A stretch of 64,000 nt of DNA, taken from contig JAOIOX010000001.1 in assembly GCA_028140765.1 (NCBI GenBank), forward strand, positions 8,813 to 72,812. The letters run 5' to 3'. This stretch comes from Prochlorococcus sp. AH-736-N03. Its GTDB lineage: Bacteria; Cyanobacteriota; Cyanobacteriia; PCC-6307; Cyanobiaceae. Shown piece after piece: positions 9,757-23,867 of the stretch; within the stretch, counting starts at the first letter, position 1; the number at the start of each line of letters is the position of its first letter. The position numbers and the translations under genes were made by a program. The notes below the pieces were generated by a model. That model made no database searches. It saw only the letters and a list, made by a program, of their open reading frames with translations, and was not told the origin of the DNA.

Positions 9757-9787
9757 CTTAAAAAAATCAAAAATTGTAAGGAACTAA

Positions 9788-11683
9788 TCATTCCACAGTT
9801 ACACTTTTAGCTAAATTTCTTGGTTGATCCACATCAAGGCCCCTGTGAGCTGCAATATGATAACTCAATAATTGTAAAGGCAATATATTAAGTAGTGGTG
9901 AAATCAATTCATTAGAAGAAGGAACTTTCATTAAATAATCAAAGATTTCAGTTCCATTACATTCAGGAGCAATCCCAATCAAATATGAATCTCTAGCTTT
10001 TGCTTCTTGAGCATTACTGATAACTTTATCAAAAACCTCACCAGGGGAGGCAATAGAAATTACAGGTACTTTTTTATCTAATAAAGCTATTGGACCATGC
10101 TTCATTTCCCCAGCAGGATATCCAGCTGCATGAATGTAACTAATTTCTTTAAGTTTTAAAGCACCTTCAAGCGCAATTGGATAATTTATTCCTCTTCCTA
10201 AAAAAATAACATCTTTTATATTAAAAAAGTCATGCGCAAGCTTTTCTGACGATTTATTATGTTTTTTTAAGAGATCTTCCAGTAGTGGCGGAAGTTTTAT
10301 AAGTTCGTTTATTAATTTACCTATTTCGTCAGGACTTTGATTACCTTTTATTTGCGCAAATTTTATAGCTAATCCATAAAAAGAAAGTAATTGAGCAAAA
10401 AAAGTTTTTGTTGCTGCAACCCCAACTTCTATTCCTGCACAGATGTCAATAATATTTGAAACCTGCCTTCCTATGGAACTCTCTTTTCTATTTGTTATTG
10501 CAATAAGATTGGGTTTGAATTTTTTATCTTTAATTGAAGAACGTCTTTTGATTTCCATATCGATAGCCGCAATTGTATCAGCAGTTTCTCCAGATTGAGT
10601 GACTCCAATAGTCAATGTGTTTGGCAATAGTGGAGGGGGAGAATATCGAAATTCGCTTGCATAAAAAACATTTGTAGGGATACCTGAGAATTGTTCTAAT
10701 AAAAAACTGCCCACCATTGCAGCATGTTTACTTGTACCACAAGCAATAATTTCAATTCTTTCTATTGATTCAAAAAACTCTGTATTAAATGGATAGTTGA
10801 TTTGATATTGACCATTATCTAAGTTCTTAATTAAATAATTTTCCAACCAGTTTTTTGCAGTCTGTGGCTGATCATATATCTCTTTTAACATATAGTGTTT
10901 GAAATTCATCTTATCCATTATTTGCTCTGAGACCTTTAAAGACACTGGATTTCGATATTGTCTCTCGTTGCTTGAGTCATATATTTCAATTCCAAGAGGA
11001 GTCAACAAAGCTATTTCTTCATCCTCCATAGGCAAAATAATATTCGTGAAATTCGCAATTGCAGGCGTATCACTAGCACAAATAAATTCTCCTTCACCCA
11101 AACCAATAATCAAAGGCGCTTGTCTTCTTGCAACTACCAAAGAGGTTGGAGCGCCAGACCATATAACTGCTAAAGCATAAGATCCTTCTAAATCAGATAT
11201 TACATTTCTCACAGCTACTAATAATGTTGAACCATTATTCTCAAGATTAAGTTTACTTAATGTATTTAATTCTCTTTGAATTAGATGAGGAATTACCTCG
11301 GTATCTGTATCAGAATTAAAAATAATGCCCTCTTCCTCTAATTTATTTTTTAAATCTTGGAAATTTTCAATAATACCATTTTGAACTACTGCTATGTTTC
11401 CTGAACTATCTGTATGAGGATGTGCATTTTTAACTTCAGGCTTTCCATGAGTTGCCCATCTGGTATGACCTATTCCTACAGTTCCAGGAATATTATGATT
11501 ATTAAGATTACTTATTAAATTCCTGAGTTTTCCTTTTGCTTTATTACAAGAAATAAAATTTGTTTCAGAATTTATTATTGCAATACCTGCAGAGTCATAA
11601 CCCCTGTATTCAAGTTTTTCTAAACCATTTATTAATAATGGCATAGCTTTTTTATATCCAGTTACAGCAACTATTCCACACAT
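9788..11683 (-). CDS. glmS: Glutamine--fructose-6-phosphate transaminase
   Basis: MCGIV start (the catalytic N-terminal Cys places the true ATG at 11683), GHTRWATHG, PRNLAKSVTVE. Confidence 0.97.
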   Translation of the reverse strand: MCGIVAVTGYKKAMPLLINGLEKLEYRGYDSAGIAIINSETNFISCNKAKGKLRNLISNLNNHNIPGTVGIGHTRWATHGKPEVKNAHPHTDSSGNIAVVQNGIIENFQDLKNKLEEEGIIFNSDTDTEVIPHLIQRELNTLSKLNLENNGSTLLVAVRNVISDLEGSYALAVIWSGAPTSLVVARRQAPLIIGLGEGEFICASDTPAIANFTNIILPMEDEEIALLTPLGIEIYDSSNERQYRNPVSLKVSEQIMDKMNFKHYMLKEIYDQPQTAKNWLENYLIKNLDNGQYQINYPFNTEFFESIERIEIIACGTSKHAAMVGSFLLEQFSGIPTNVFYASEFRYSPPPLLPNTLTIGVTQSGETADTIAAIDMEIKRRSSIKDKKFKPNLIAITNRKESSIGRQVSNIIDICAGIEVGVAATKTFFAQLLSFYGLAIKFAQIKGNQSPDEIGKLINELIKLPPLLEDLLKKHNKSSEKLAHDFFNIKDVIFLGRGINYPIALEGALKLKEISYIHAAGYPAGEMKHGPIALLDKKVPVISIASPGEVFDKVISNAQEAKARDSYLIGIAPECNGTEIFDYLMKVPSSNELISPLLNILPLQLLSYHIAAHRGLDVDQPRNLAKSVTVE

Positions 11684-11767
11684 ACGAATTCTTTTCTTCA
11701 ATTATATTGAAATAAAATACGTATTTACTAAAAAATGGACTCTCTTAAAACTGCACTATAAAAAGAA

Positions 11768-12055
<288 letters not shown>

Positions 12056-12146
12056 TTACAAAGAAATTAAAAAAATTAAGATATGCTTCACTCTTGTTAA
12101 CTCTAGGGCATAAAATCATATAGATAATTAGTAATTTCCATAAACT

Positions 12147-12386
12147 ATGTCACAAGAAATCCTCGAAAAAGTCTGTTCTATTGTTTCAGAACAATTAAGT
12201 GTTGAAGCAGGAGAAGTAAAGTCAGATTCAAATTTCCAAAATGATTTAGGTGCAGATTCCCTAGATACTGTTGAACTCGTGATGGCTTTAGAAGAAGCCT
12301 TTGATATTGAAATTCCAGATGAAGCAGCTGAAGGAATCGCAACTGTTGGCGATGCAGTAAAATTTATCGAAGAAAAAAAAGGTTAA
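12147..12386 (+). CDS. acpP: Acyl carrier protein
   Basis: [14 protein letters not shown]. Confidence 0.98.
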   Translation: MSQEILEKVCSIVSEQLSVEAGEVKSDSNFQNDLGADSLDTVELVMALEEAFDIEIPDEAAEGIATVGDAVKFIEEKKG

Positions 12387-12392
12387 TAAAGA

Positions 12393-13637
12393 ATGCCAAA
12401 TTTCCATCGAGTAGTTATTACTGGTATCGGAGCAGTAACTCCAATTGGCAATAACATTGATGAATATTTAGTCGGTCTTCAAAAAGGTACCAATGGAGTC
12501 TCAGATATTACTCTCTTTGATCCTGAACAACATCCCTGCAAATTTGCTGCAGAAGTAAAAAATCTTCAATCTGAAAATTTTATTGAAGCTAAAGAATCGA
12601 AAAGATGGGATCGTTTTTCCCAGTTTGGAGTTATTGCTGCAAAGCAAGCCTTTAATGATTCTGGACTTGAAATCACTGAAGCTAATGCATCAAGAATTGG
12701 AGTGATTATTGGTTCTGGTGTTGGAGGCTTACTAACTATGGAAAGTCAAGCTCAAATATTGAGTCATAAAGGTCCTAAAAGGGTAAGTCCATTTACAGTC
12801 CCAATGATGATTCCAAACATGGCCACTGGATTGGCTGCAATTGCTTTGGGTGCCAAAGGACCAAGTTCCTCTGTTTCCACCGCTTGCGCTGCCGGTTCAA
12901 ATGCAATTGGTGATTCTTTTAGATTAATCCAACTTGGAAAAGCAGATGCAATGATCTGTGGGGGAGCAGAAGCAAGTATTACGCCTCTTGGGGTAGCTGG
13001 TTTTGCCAGTGCCAAAGCTCTTTCCTCTAGAAATGATAGCCCTGAAACTGCTAGCAGACCTTTTGATGCAGAAAGAGATGGATTTGTTATTGGAGAAGGA
13101 TCTGGAATTCTTGTTTTAGAAACTTTAGAAAATGCTCAAAAAAGGAATGCTAGAATTTATGCAGAAGTAGTTGGATATGGAACAACATGTGATGCTCATC
13201 ATATTACTGCTCCATCTCCAGGAGGGGTTGGAGGCGCCGAAGCTATTAAATTAGCGATTGAAGACGCTTCTCTTAGCCTTGAAAATGTTGATTACATAAA
13301 TGCTCATGGAACAAGTACATCAGCTAATGATAAAAATGAAACTTCTGCAATTAAATCTATTTTTAGAGACAGATCTTACCTCATTCCTGTAAGCTCTACT
13401 AAGTCGATGACTGGTCATCTCCTAGGAGGCTCAGGAGGTATAGAAGCTGTAGCTTGTATACTTTCTTTGACACATAATTTTATCCCTCCTACAATTAACT
13501 ACGTCAATCCAGATCCTGAATGTGATCTTGATTATGTACCAAATAATGCAAGAGAAGCTCAAGTAAGAGTTACTCTTTCTAATTCTTTCGGCTTTGGTGG
13601 TCACAATGTTTGCCTTGCTTTCAGCAAAATGAATTGA
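12393..13637 (+). CDS. fabF: Beta-ketoacyl-ACP synthase II
   Basis: [30 protein letters not shown]. Confidence 0.97.
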   Translation: MPNFHRVVITGIGAVTPIGNNIDEYLVGLQKGTNGVSDITLFDPEQHPCKFAAEVKNLQSENFIEAKESKRWDRFSQFGVIAAKQAFNDSGLEITEANASRIGVIIGSGVGGLLTMESQAQILSHKGPKRVSPFTVPMMIPNMATGLAAIALGAKGPSSSVSTACAAGSNAIGDSFRLIQLGKADAMICGGAEASITPLGVAGFASAKALSSRNDSPETASRPFDAERDGFVIGEGSGILVLETLENAQKRNARIYAEVVGYGTTCDAHHITAPSPGGVGGAEAIKLAIEDASLSLENVDYINAHGTSTSANDKNETSAIKSIFRDRSYLIPVSSTKSMTGHLLGGSGGIEAVACILSLTHNFIPPTINYVNPDPECDLDYVPNNAREAQVRVTLSNSFGFGGHNVCLAFSKMN

Positions 13638-13680
13638 AGACAACCAATTCTGTATTTCCAACTTAACTTATTTTAAAACA

Positions 13681-15687
13681 ATGGTCGCTGCATCTGTTTC
13701 ATTAGAATCACTTTGTGTAAATAGTATAAGAATGCTTGCTGTAGATGCAGTAAATAAATCTAATAGTGGACATCCTGGATTGCCAATGGGATGTGCCCCA
13801 ATGGGTTATGCATTATGGCAAAACATACTTAATCACAACCCTAATAACCCAAAATGGTTCAATAGAGACCGTTTTGTATTATCAGCTGGTCATGGCTGTA
13901 TGCTTTTATATTCCTTACTTCATTTAACAGGATATAAATCAGTTTCAATAGATGATATTAAGGAATTTAGGCAATGGGGATCAAAGACACCTGGACATCC
14001 AGAAACATTCGAAACTGAAGGTGTTGAGGTTACAGCCGGTCCTCTTGGAGCTGGAATTTCAAATGCTGTAGGTTTAGCAATAGCTGAAACTCACTTGGCA
14101 GCTAAATTTAATAAGCCTGATTGCAATATCGTTGATCACTATACTTACGTAATAATGGGTGACGGCTGTAATCAAGAAGGTATCGCATCAGAGGCCTGCT
14201 CACTAGCTGGTCACCTTAAGCTTGGAAAATTAATTGCACTCTATGACGATAATCAAATTACAATTGATGGGCGAACCGATGTTTCTTTTACTGAAGATGT
14301 ATTAAAAAGGTACGAAGCTTATGGATGGCATGTACAACATGTCGAAGACGGGAATCATGATGTTAAAGGAATAACTGAAGCTATCGAAAAAGCAAAATTA
14401 ATCACAGACAAACCTTCAATTATAAAAATTTCTACAACAATAGGTTATGGTTCGCCTAATAAATCAGATACTGCTGGAATTCATGGAGCAGCTGTTGGAG
14501 AAGAAGAAGCTGCGTTAACTAGAGAGTTTCTAAATTGGGAATATCCTCCATTTGAAATACCAGATGAAGTATATGCGCATTTTAGAAAATCAATAGACAA
14601 AGGCGAAAGCTTAGAGAAAGAATGGGATTCTAAATTTGAAGAATATCAAAGCAAATATCCTTCTGAAGGAAGCGAGTTAAACAGAATGTTGAAAGGACAA
14701 TTACCTGAGAATTGGGACTCGGATCTCCCTTCTTATACACCAGAAGATAAAGGTTTAGCGACCAGAAAGCATTCGCAAATATGTCTAGGTGCTCTAGGTC
14801 CTAACCTACCTGAATTAATTGGCGGCTCAGCAGATTTAACTCACTCTAACTACACAGATATCAAGGGAGAATCCGGATCATTCCAGCCTCATAGTCCTGA
14901 AAAAAGATATTTGCACTTTGGTGTGCGAGAGCATGCAATGGCAGCTGTACTTAATGGAATTGCCTATCACAATAGTGGTCTTATTCCTTATGGTGGAACC
15001 TTCCTTGTTTTCGCTGATTATATGAGAGGTTCAATGAGACTTTCGGCACTAAGCGAACTAGGAGTGATCTATGTATTAACTCATGATTCAATTGGTGTAG
15101 GAGAAGACGGCCCAACACATCAACCTATTGAAACTATACCTTCACTTCGTGCTATGCCTAACATGCTAGTTTTCAGACCAGGAGATGGAAATGAGACAAG
15201 TGGTGCTTATAAGCTTGCTATTCAAAATCGAAAAAGACCTTCTGCCCTTTGTTTAAGTAGACAAGGAATGCCAAATCAAGAAAACACTTCGATCGACAAA
15301 GTTGCCCTAGGAGGATATATAGTTTCCGATTGCGAAGGAACACCAGATCTAATATTTATTGGTACTGGAAGCGAACTGAATCTTTGCATTGAAGCAAGTA
15401 AGGAAATTTCAAGCTTAGGTAAAAAAGTTAGAGTTGTTTCTATGCCATGTGTAGAACTTTTCGAAGAGCAAGAAGAATCTTACAAAGAAAGTGTTTTACC
15501 AAGTAGTGTGAAAAAGAGAGTTGTGGTAGAAGCCGCCCATTCATTTGGTTGGCATAAATATACAGGTTTTGATGGAATTTGTATTACTATGGATAGATTT
15601 GGTGCATCAGCACCTGGTGGAGAATGTATGAAAAATTTCGGATTTACAGTCGAAAACGTAGTTAATAAGACTAAGGAAATTTTATAA
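13681..15687 (+). CDS. tkt: Transketolase
   Basis: [31 protein letters not shown]. Confidence 0.97.
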   Translation: MVAASVSLESLCVNSIRMLAVDAVNKSNSGHPGLPMGCAPMGYALWQNILNHNPNNPKWFNRDRFVLSAGHGCMLLYSLLHLTGYKSVSIDDIKEFRQWGSKTPGHPETFETEGVEVTAGPLGAGISNAVGLAIAETHLAAKFNKPDCNIVDHYTYVIMGDGCNQEGIASEACSLAGHLKLGKLIALYDDNQITIDGRTDVSFTEDVLKRYEAYGWHVQHVEDGNHDVKGITEAIEKAKLITDKPSIIKISTTIGYGSPNKSDTAGIHGAAVGEEEAALTREFLNWEYPPFEIPDEVYAHFRKSIDKGESLEKEWDSKFEEYQSKYPSEGSELNRMLKGQLPENWDSDLPSYTPEDKGLATRKHSQICLGALGPNLPELIGGSADLTHSNYTDIKGESGSFQPHSPEKRYLHFGVREHAMAAVLNGIAYHNSGLIPYGGTFLVFADYMRGSMRLSALSELGVIYVLTHDSIGVGEDGPTHQPIETIPSLRAMPNMLVFRPGDGNETSGAYKLAIQNRKRPSALCLSRQGMPNQENTSIDKVALGGYIVSDCEGTPDLIFIGTGSELNLCIEASKEISSLGKKVRVVSMPCVELFEEQEESYKESVLPSSVKKRVVVEAAHSFGWHKYTGFDGICITMDRFGASAPGGECMKNFGFTVENVVNKTKEIL

Positions 15688-15704
15688 CTAGAAATAATTG
15701 ATAA

Positions 15705-17081
<1,377 letters not shown>

Positions 17082-17121
17082 CTAATTTTAAATAGAGTTA
17101 TTACTAAAGTTTGATCAAATC

Positions 17122-17205
17122 TCCACTTCCCTGCATCAAAATTAATGATTCAGGTTCAAAGGGTATGATCTCAGCTAAGTTAAATTTCTTAGCACCCCTA
17201 GTATT
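17122..17205 (-). promoter_or_regulatory. TPP riboswitch upstream of thiC
   Basis: Reverse complement ACTAGGGGTGC...GCTGAGATCATACCCTTTGAACCTGAATC..TTAAT...GCAGGGAAGT matches the THI-box consensus. Confidence 0.93.
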
Positions 17206-17274
17206 AATCTTATTAATAGCTCTTTTCTAAAAAATAGTCATCTCATATTGCGAGAAAATAAATAAAATATTTAT

Positions 17275-17487
17275 TTAACTTTTTTTATAAGACTTTATCT
17301 TGTTTAAAATATCTTTTCTATCCAATTTTCTACTAATAACCCGCTCCAAAATAATAACGATCCCCATTAAGCCAATGGGTAAATAAAAAATTTTCCTAGA
17401 ATTATCCCTAAATATCAATCCCATAGAAGATATAAAGATCATGAAAGGAGCCACAAAAGATAAAATAAATCTTTTATTAGTTTTCAT
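17275..17487 (-). CDS. Small two-TM membrane protein (DUF3188-like)
   Basis: Two hydrophobic segments and a basic tail; ATGA overlap with the upstream gene. Confidence 0.7.
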   Translation of the reverse strand: MKTNKRFILSFVAPFMIFISSMGLIFRDNSRKIFYLPIGLMGIVIILERVISRKLDRKDILNKIKSYKKS

Positions 17488-18668
17488 GTACCAATAGAAT
17501 TAATTTTTTCATTATTTAATTTTACTATGGATTCTGTTATAACTTTAATTCCAACAGAAATCGCTCTCTCATCCGGATCAAATTTACAACTATGAAGGGG
17601 AGCACATCTATTTGAATTAGAAACGCCAAGCCTAAACATAGCTCCTGGAATATCTTTTAAGAATTCAGCAAAATCCTCCGCTCCTAATGATGGTTTTTGT
17701 AATTCGATAACATTTTCTTGACCCAAAACCTTAATTCCCGAATCTCTGAGGACTCTATTAATTTCAGAATTATTATTAACTGCTGGAGTGATTTCTCTAA
17801 ATCTTACTTTTGCTTCAGCTCCGCAACCATTAGCTAAAGAAGTGATATTTTCATTTAGCCAATTACCAATATTCGTAAATACTTTACGATTAGTGCATCT
17901 AACTGTACCAACTAAATTAACCTTTTCTGCAAGAACATTGAATGCATTACCACCATTTATTTTCCCAAAAGTTATTACTACAGGATCTAAAGGGTCTAAC
18001 TTCCGTGTTATTGATTCTTGAATTCCCGAGACAACTTTAGAGGCTACCCAAATAGCATCAACTCCTTCATGAGGTCGAGCACCATGGCCTGATTTTCCTT
18101 TAATCTCAACATTAAGTTCTCCAGCAGCTGCAGTTAAACTTCCATCTTTAATGCCAATAGTCCCTACAGATAAATCGGGATAGACATGAACTCCCAAAAT
18201 ATTGGTTAAACCATTAGTTGCACCATCCTTAATCATCCATCTAGCTCCACTTGCAATTTCTTCAGCTGGCTGAAAAATTATCCGAGTCCCAAAATTAAGT
18301 TTTAAATCCTTAATAATTTTTGCCACACCCAATCCAATCGCGATGTGCAAATCGTGACCACAGGCATGCATAACACCATCTACTTTTGAAGAAAAACTTA
18401 GTTTAGTTTCCTCAAATATTGGTAAAGCATCCATATCCACTCTTAAGCCTATAATACCGTTTTCTACGGGCCCAAAATCAGCTATAACTCCAGTCCTACC
18501 TATAGATTCTCTAACATTCCAACCAATATTTTTTAAAAAACCACTGATCAAAATTGCCGTTTGATTTTCAAGTCCACTTAATTCCGGATGTGCATGGATA
18601 TGTCTTCTTAAATTAATTAATTCATCATTAAACGAATCAATTTTTTTATGAAGCTGATCTCTATTCAT
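17484..18668 (-). CDS. M20D amidohydrolase (N-acyl-amino acid hydrolase-like)
   Basis: RRHIHAHPELS, DMDALP, MHACGHD, QPAEE, GAEDF. Confidence 0.92.
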   Translation of the reverse strand: MNRDQLHKKIDSFNDELINLRRHIHAHPELSGLENQTAILISGFLKNIGWNVRESIGRTGVIADFGPVENGIIGLRVDMDALPIFEETKLSFSSKVDGVMHACGHDLHIAIGLGVAKIIKDLKLNFGTRIIFQPAEEIASGARWMIKDGATNGLTNILGVHVYPDLSVGTIGIKDGSLTAAAGELNVEIKGKSGHGARPHEGVDAIWVASKVVSGIQESITRKLDPLDPVVITFGKINGGNAFNVLAEKVNLVGTVRCTNRKVFTNIGNWLNENITSLANGCGAEAKVRFREITPAVNNNSEINRVLRDSGIKVLGQENVIELQKPSLGAEDFAEFLKDIPGAMFRLGVSNSNRCAPLHSCKFDPDERAISVGIKVITESIVKLNNEKINSIGT

Positions 18669-18671
18669 TAC

Positions 18672-19460
18672 TTATTTTAAATCGATAAAGTTCATTAAAT
18701 CTTTAATTGGTTGTGGAGGCCATCTTCTTATTGTTTTTAGCCATTCTTCATCACCATATCTAGGATCTAATTCAGTTACCGCTATCCAATTACTCTCTGC
18801 TTTCCCAGATTCACCCTTTGACCAATTCAAGGCTGTTAAAGCTGCCCTAGCATCTGCAAAATTTGGATAACGTCTTATTAATTTTTTTAATTCTTTTTCA
18901 GATTCATCAATATTCCCCAACTGAAAATCTGCTAACGCCACACTTGATCTAGCCATGGCAAATCCAGGATTATATAAAGCAGCTTTTGAAAATAAATCTC
19001 TTGCTTTATCCCAATGTGAAGTTGATCCTTCTACATTAGCCAAATTATATAATGCAGAGAAGTTTTCATTATCTTGCGAGATAACGAACATGTAATCTTT
19101 TTTCGCTTGAGACCATAAACCCATTGCTTCCTCTGCGATCCCCCTGTTGATGTAAGGATCTATTTCACTAGGATTCAAACTTATTGCCTTATTTTGGTCA
19201 TCTATTGATCCCTTAACATCTCCCATAACAAGTCTTACATTACCTCTATTGCTAAAACCTGCAGCATCATCAGGATAAGAATCAAGATATTGATTCCATT
19301 CTTGTAAAGCGAGATTAAATTTTCCGCCTGAACTTAAATCTAATGCATTTTGAAACAAATCACCTCTCAAAGGTAATGAATAGCATGGTGCAATATAAAA
19401 AATGTTCAAAGAAATAAAAATTAATAAAAACCAAACCTTAGCTTTTCTAAAAGTTATCAT
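18672..19460 (-). CDS. Tetratricopeptide repeat protein with N-terminal signal/TM segment
   Basis: TPR-like repeats ([24 protein letters not shown]). Confidence 0.85.
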   Translation of the reverse strand: MITFRKAKVWFLLIFISLNIFYIAPCYSLPLRGDLFQNALDLSSGGKFNLALQEWNQYLDSYPDDAAGFSNRGNVRLVMGDVKGSIDDQNKAISLNPSEIDPYINRGIAEEAMGLWSQAKKDYMFVISQDNENFSALYNLANVEGSTSHWDKARDLFSKAALYNPGFAMARSSVALADFQLGNIDESEKELKKLIRRYPNFADARAALTALNWSKGESGKAESNWIAVTELDPRYGDEEWLKTIRRWPPQPIKDLMNFIDLK

Positions 19461-20506
19461 TTTTTTGAATCAATATACTTTTTTCCTAATGCAGTAAGCA
19501 ATCTTCCTCTAGGAGTTCTTGTGAGGAAACCAATTTTGATGAGATATGGCTCAACTACAAATTCTAACATTGAAGAATCATCACCCAAGCCTGCTGCAAT
19601 TGAATCAAGGCCAGTTGGCATATTGTTATTTTGGTTAATAAAAGATAAATAGTGTCTATCTAGAGAATCCAATCCTTTTTCGTCTATTTGGTAAGAAATT
19701 AGGGCTTTTTTTACTAAATTCACGGAGACAGTATTAGTTTTCGCAACAACTTGAGCATAATCTCTCACTCGTCTTAATAACCTTAAAGCAATTCTTGGAG
19801 TCCCTCGAGATATTTTTGCTAAATCATAAGATGCTTCATCATCTAAATTGAGGTTTATTAATCGGGAGAAATTGACAATAATTTGTTTTAATTCATCATA
19901 AGTATAAAATTCAATTTTCTGAGATATACCAAATCTATCTCTTAGAGGTGCACTTATTGAAGCTAATTTAGTTGTCGCGCCAATCAGAGTAAACCTAGGT
20001 AGATTAATTGTTCTGCAACGGGTTCCTTTATTAGCTCCCATAGTTAAGTCGAGTCTAAAATCTTCCATTGCAGAATACAACAACTCTTCAGTTAACCTAT
20101 TTAAGCGATGTATCTCATCGATAAATAAAACTTCACCTTCTTTTAATCCAAGAAGTAAACCTACAATATCTCTTGGTCTTTCAATTGCTGGTGCAGCCGC
20201 TATCTTACATTTTGTATTCAATTCATGGGCTATCAAAAAAGCAAGAGTCGTCTTACCTAAACCAGGCTGTCCATATAAAAGAGTATGCTCCAAAGGTTCT
20301 TTTCTAAAAATTGAAGCATCTATAGCTATTCTTAAAGAAGATTTAAGTTGATCTTGGCCAATAAATTCTTTTAAAGTAAGAGGCCGGGCCAAGTTAAGAT
20401 TATTATTTCTCTTTTCTTCTGGAATGATTTTTGAATCAACTAACCTAAGCTCTTTTTTACGAAGAGGAAAGTCATCATCACCTATATTAGAAGAAATTAT
20501 TGCCAT
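19457..20506 (-). CDS. ruvB: Holliday junction helicase RuvB
   Basis: [30 protein letters not shown]. Confidence 0.97.
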   Translation of the reverse strand: MAIISSNIGDDDFPLRKKELRLVDSKIIPEEKRNNNLNLARPLTLKEFIGQDQLKSSLRIAIDASIFRKEPLEHTLLYGQPGLGKTTLAFLIAHELNTKCKIAAAPAIERPRDIVGLLLGLKEGEVLFIDEIHRLNRLTEELLYSAMEDFRLDLTMGANKGTRCRTINLPRFTLIGATTKLASISAPLRDRFGISQKIEFYTYDELKQIIVNFSRLINLNLDDEASYDLAKISRGTPRIALRLLRRVRDYAQVVAKTNTVSVNLVKKALISYQIDEKGLDSLDRHYLSFINQNNNMPTGLDSIAAGLGDDSSMLEFVVEPYLIKIGFLTRTPRGRLLTALGKKYIDSKK

Positions 20507-20558
20507 AATGAAAGGTTAATTGCAATTGATCTGAGTAGAAAGATTTTTTACAACTAAA

Positions 20559-21053
20559 ATGACAAAAAATTCAAACAAAGGTAAAAGAAATATTAATAAA
20601 GCAAATAATTTTAAACTCCTAGCTGAGAATAGATATGCAAAATTTCAATATGCTATAACTGAAACAATCGAAGCTGGAATTGAGCTTTTAGGGACTGAAG
20701 TAAAGTCTATTAGAAACGGAAAAGCAAATTTACGAGACGGATACTGTTCATTCAGAGATGGTGAGATCTTATTATTAAATGTTCACATTTCACCACATAA
20801 AAATGTAGGGTCTTTCTTTAATCATGATCCATTAAGAAATAGAAAGTTGCTACTACATAAAAAAGAAATAATAAAAATGAAATCTAATACAGAAAAAAAA
20901 GGGATGACTATTGTTCCATTGTCTCTTTATTTAAAAGGCTCATGGATAAAACTAAAAATTGGAGTCGGCAAAGGGAAAAAATTACATGACAAAAGACAAG
21001 ATGAAAAACAAAAAAGTATAAAAAAAGAAATCAGCTCTGCATTAAAAAGGTAA
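20559..21053 (+). CDS. smpB: SsrA-binding protein
   Basis: [30 protein letters not shown]. Confidence 0.97.
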   Translation: MTKNSNKGKRNINKANNFKLLAENRYAKFQYAITETIEAGIELLGTEVKSIRNGKANLRDGYCSFRDGEILLLNVHISPHKNVGSFFNHDPLRNRKLLLHKKEIIKMKSNTEKKGMTIVPLSLYLKGSWIKLKIGVGKGKKLHDKRQDEKQKSIKKEISSALKR

Positions 21054-21079
21054 GATAATATGCAATATTATTGGAACTA

Positions 21080-21325
21080 TTAATCTAAACTGACAGAACT
21101 GGGAGGTGGGGAGGGATCGGGATCTGCAATTAACATATGTTGTAATACAGTTTCAGGCCTCTCACTGTCTCTCCAGCGTATTTTGTATGCAGGCATTTTT
21201 GTACCCCTACTTGTAGTTTGCTCTACTGGCTCAATAACCCATCCTCTTCTTGATCGACCTTGAGGATTTCTTTTTACTACTGCATCCGCGTGTTTGAAAC
21301 GGAAACCAACACGTTCACCACTCAT
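21080..21325 (-). CDS. Hypothetical small basic protein, SH3/KOW-like pattern
   Basis: 81-aa ORF downstream of lysS, relatively GC-rich, beta-strand pattern. Confidence 0.75.
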   Translation of the reverse strand: MSGERVGFRFKHADAVVKRNPQGRSRRGWVIEPVEQTTSRGTKMPAYKIRWRDSERPETVLQHMLIADPDPSPPPSSVSLD

Positions 21326-21354
21326 TTAAAAAAATTCGTATTGGATTAATTTAT

Positions 21355-22893
21355 CTATTTTACTTCATTCAAGGGTGTTTTTTCACTTTTTTTGGAAGTT
21401 ATTTCGGGTTTTAACAATGGGAAAGGGATTACGTCTCTAATTGATGCGCTATTAGTAATTAACATAATTAGCCTATCAATACCTATACCTAATCCTCCAG
21501 TTGGCGGCATGCCAATCTCTAAAGCATTCAAAAAATCTTCATCTATACAGTGAGCCTCAAGATCTCCTTCATCTCTAAGAGATTGCTGTAGTTGCATTCT
21601 TTCTCTTTGATCTACTGGATCTATCAACTCACTAAAGGCATTTGCCAGCTCTCTACCAACAATGAATAACTCAAATCTCTGAACTATTTCTTTATTATCA
21701 AGATGAGGCCTAGCTAAAGGTGAAATTTCAACAGGATAATCTATAACAAAAGTGGGTTCTATAAGTTTTGATTCTACTTTTTGCTCGAAGACCTCATTTA
21801 AAAGTCTTCCCATAGTGTTTACTTTATTAGAGAAATCAACATTAATATTTTTAACTGCTTGTTTTGCTGCTAGAAAGTCGCCATTGAAAGAATCAAAATC
21901 AATACCTGTATATTTTTTGACAATATCTTTCATGGATATTCTTAACCAAGGTTTAGAAAAATCAATTTCTATATTTTGATAATTTATAGTTAAAGAACCA
22001 CATGAATCAGCTACGATATCTTTAATCAATTCTTCAGTTAAATTCATCATATCGACATAATCAGAATAAGCTTCATAAATCTCAACTGAGGTGAATTCTG
22101 GATTATGCCTTGTACTTATCCCCTCATTACGGAAGATTCTTCCCAATTCATATACTTTCTCAAAACCTCCAACCACCATTCTTTTTAAATGTAATTCTGT
22201 AGCTATTCTTAAATACAACGGAATATCTAATGTATTGTGATGAGTTATAAATGGTCTTGCTTCAGCACCACCAGCTTCAGATTGCAGAATTGGAGTCTCT
22301 ATCTCTAAAAAATTTCTATTATCTAGCCATTTTCTTATAAAACTTATACATTTCGCTCTTGTTTTAAATACATTTTTAGAGTGAGGATTTACTATTAAAT
22401 CTAGATAACGTTGTCTATATCTTTTTTCAATATCAGTCAATCCATGCCATTTATCTGGAAGAGGTTGTAATGATTTCGATAACATTTCCCATTTTTCTAC
22501 TTTAATTGAAAGCTCACCTTTATTAGTTTTTTTAATAGTTCCATATACTCCTATCCAATCACCAATATCTACTATTTCCTTGAGATCTTCAAAAGAAAGT
22601 GATTTTTGTTTTTCTAAATTGAAATTAATAATACTTTTATCTAAATAAAGCTGAATCTGACCTTCTTGATCGCTTATTGTGAAAAAGGCAATTTTGCCCA
22701 TTACCCTTTTTGCAATAACTCTACCAGCAATAGAAACATTGAAGTCTTCCTCTTGACTATTTTCTAAATAATCAAATTTTTGAATAAGGAAACTGGTAGT
22801 ATGTGATACCTTAAAGCTCTGTGCGTAAGAAGCAAATCCTTTATTAACGAGTGAACTAGCTTTTTGTAAGCGCGCTTCTTTTATTTCAGACAA
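21355..22893 (-). CDS. lysS: Lysine--tRNA ligase (class II)
   Basis: [38 protein letters not shown]; TTG start. Confidence 0.98.
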   Translation of the reverse strand: MSEIKEARLQKASSLVNKGFASYAQSFKVSHTTSFLIQKFDYLENSQEEDFNVSIAGRVIAKRVMGKIAFFTISDQEGQIQLYLDKSIINFNLEKQKSLSFEDLKEIVDIGDWIGVYGTIKKTNKGELSIKVEKWEMLSKSLQPLPDKWHGLTDIEKRYRQRYLDLIVNPHSKNVFKTRAKCISFIRKWLDNRNFLEIETPILQSEAGGAEARPFITHHNTLDIPLYLRIATELHLKRMVVGGFEKVYELGRIFRNEGISTRHNPEFTSVEIYEAYSDYVDMMNLTEELIKDIVADSCGSLTINYQNIEIDFSKPWLRISMKDIVKKYTGIDFDSFNGDFLAAKQAVKNINVDFSNKVNTMGRLLNEVFEQKVESKLIEPTFVIDYPVEISPLARPHLDNKEIVQRFELFIVGRELANAFSELIDPVDQRERMQLQQSLRDEGDLEAHCIDEDFLNALEIGMPPTGGLGIGIDRLIMLITNSASIRDVIPFPLLKPEITSKKSEKTPLNEVK

Positions 22894-22943
22894 AATTTAT
22901 TTTAATATATTTGTTTTATTTAATAAAATTATCAGACTATTGC

Positions 22944-23690
22944 TCAACTTGCCAAAGATGTTGCTGTTTCACCAACTCTCTGAGATGCATAACCAATCCC
23001 TCTAACAGTTAATATTAATTCTGGATTTCTTGGATCTGGTTCCAATTTACCTCTTAGTCTTGCAACATATACATCTACAACTCTTAAATCTGCCGCTCTA
23101 CGAGGAGGATAGCCCCACAACTGTTCCAAAATTTCTGCTCGTGGAACGACCTTACCAGGTTCATCAAATAATAACTCTAGAAGACTAAATTCAGTATAAG
23201 TTAGACTAATTCTATCTCCAGCTCTAGAAACTTGTCTGCGATTAGTATCAACAACTAAACTTCCAAATTTCATAACTCCTTTTCCTGAAGGAACTTCTTT
23301 AGTTTCAGTAACCGATACAGTTGGACCCATTCTTCTCAAAATTGTAGCTATTCTGGCCTCTAACTCTTTTGGGCTAAATGGTTTAGATAAGTAATCATCA
23401 GCTCCTAAATCCAAACCAGCAACTCTCTCTGAAATAGCTTCTAGAGCGGTTAAGAATATTATTGGTACTACTGACTCAGCTCTAATTCTTCTACAAACAG
23501 CAAATCCATCCATTTTTGGAAGCATAACATCAAGAACTATTAAGTCAGGGGAATCCCTATGGAAAGATTCAAGAGCTTCTTCGCCATTAGTGGCTGAATA
23601 AACTTGATATCCAGCTAGTTGAAGCCTCGTAACTAATACCTTCAATACTGCTGGTTCATCATCAACAACTAATATTCTTGCTTTTGACAT
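22944..23690 (-). CDS. srrA: OmpR-family response regulator, RpaB paralogue (SrrA-like)
   Basis: Receiver domain (VVDD, LDVMLP, KPF) plus winged helix. WGYPPRRAADLRVVDVYVARLR differs from RpaB's WGYTPERHVDTRVVDVHISRLR as recalled. Confidence 0.75.
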   Translation of the reverse strand: MSKARILVVDDEPAVLKVLVTRLQLAGYQVYSATNGEEALESFHRDSPDLIVLDVMLPKMDGFAVCRRIRAESVVPIIFLTALEAISERVAGLDLGADDYLSKPFSPKELEARIATILRRMGPTVSVTETKEVPSGKGVMKFGSLVVDTNRRQVSRAGDRISLTYTEFSLLELLFDEPGKVVPRAEILEQLWGYPPRRAADLRVVDVYVARLRGKLEPDPRNPELILTVRGIGYASQRVGETATSLAS

Positions 23691-23867
23691 AGTTAAAAAA
23701 GATTTCTCGATATTTCAAAGCAAAGAATTATTGCATTGAAAGTTTATTCTAACAATTAAAAATATAACATTACGAACCCTCATAGAGATATTCCATAGGT
23801 TTAAAAAATTTTAAATAATTTGAAGATATAAATTTTTTTAAGCTTTTTTAACTTCTTATGAGATTTA

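Noticed and set aside
11684-11767. glmS ribozyme; also an SAH riboswitch before ahcY
   Set aside because: Both leaders are short and AT-rich, with no consensus elements
12056-12082. HLR1-like TTACA/TTAAA/TTAAG units upstream of psaC
   Set aside because: Irregular spacing (11 and 9 nt) in very AT-rich DNA; not distinguishable from background by eye
17484-18668. M20 amidohydrolase as a thiamine-salvage deformylase next to thiC
   Set aside because: Its motifs are M20D (MHACGHD), and the gene lies upstream of the TPP riboswitch, so the riboswitch does not control it
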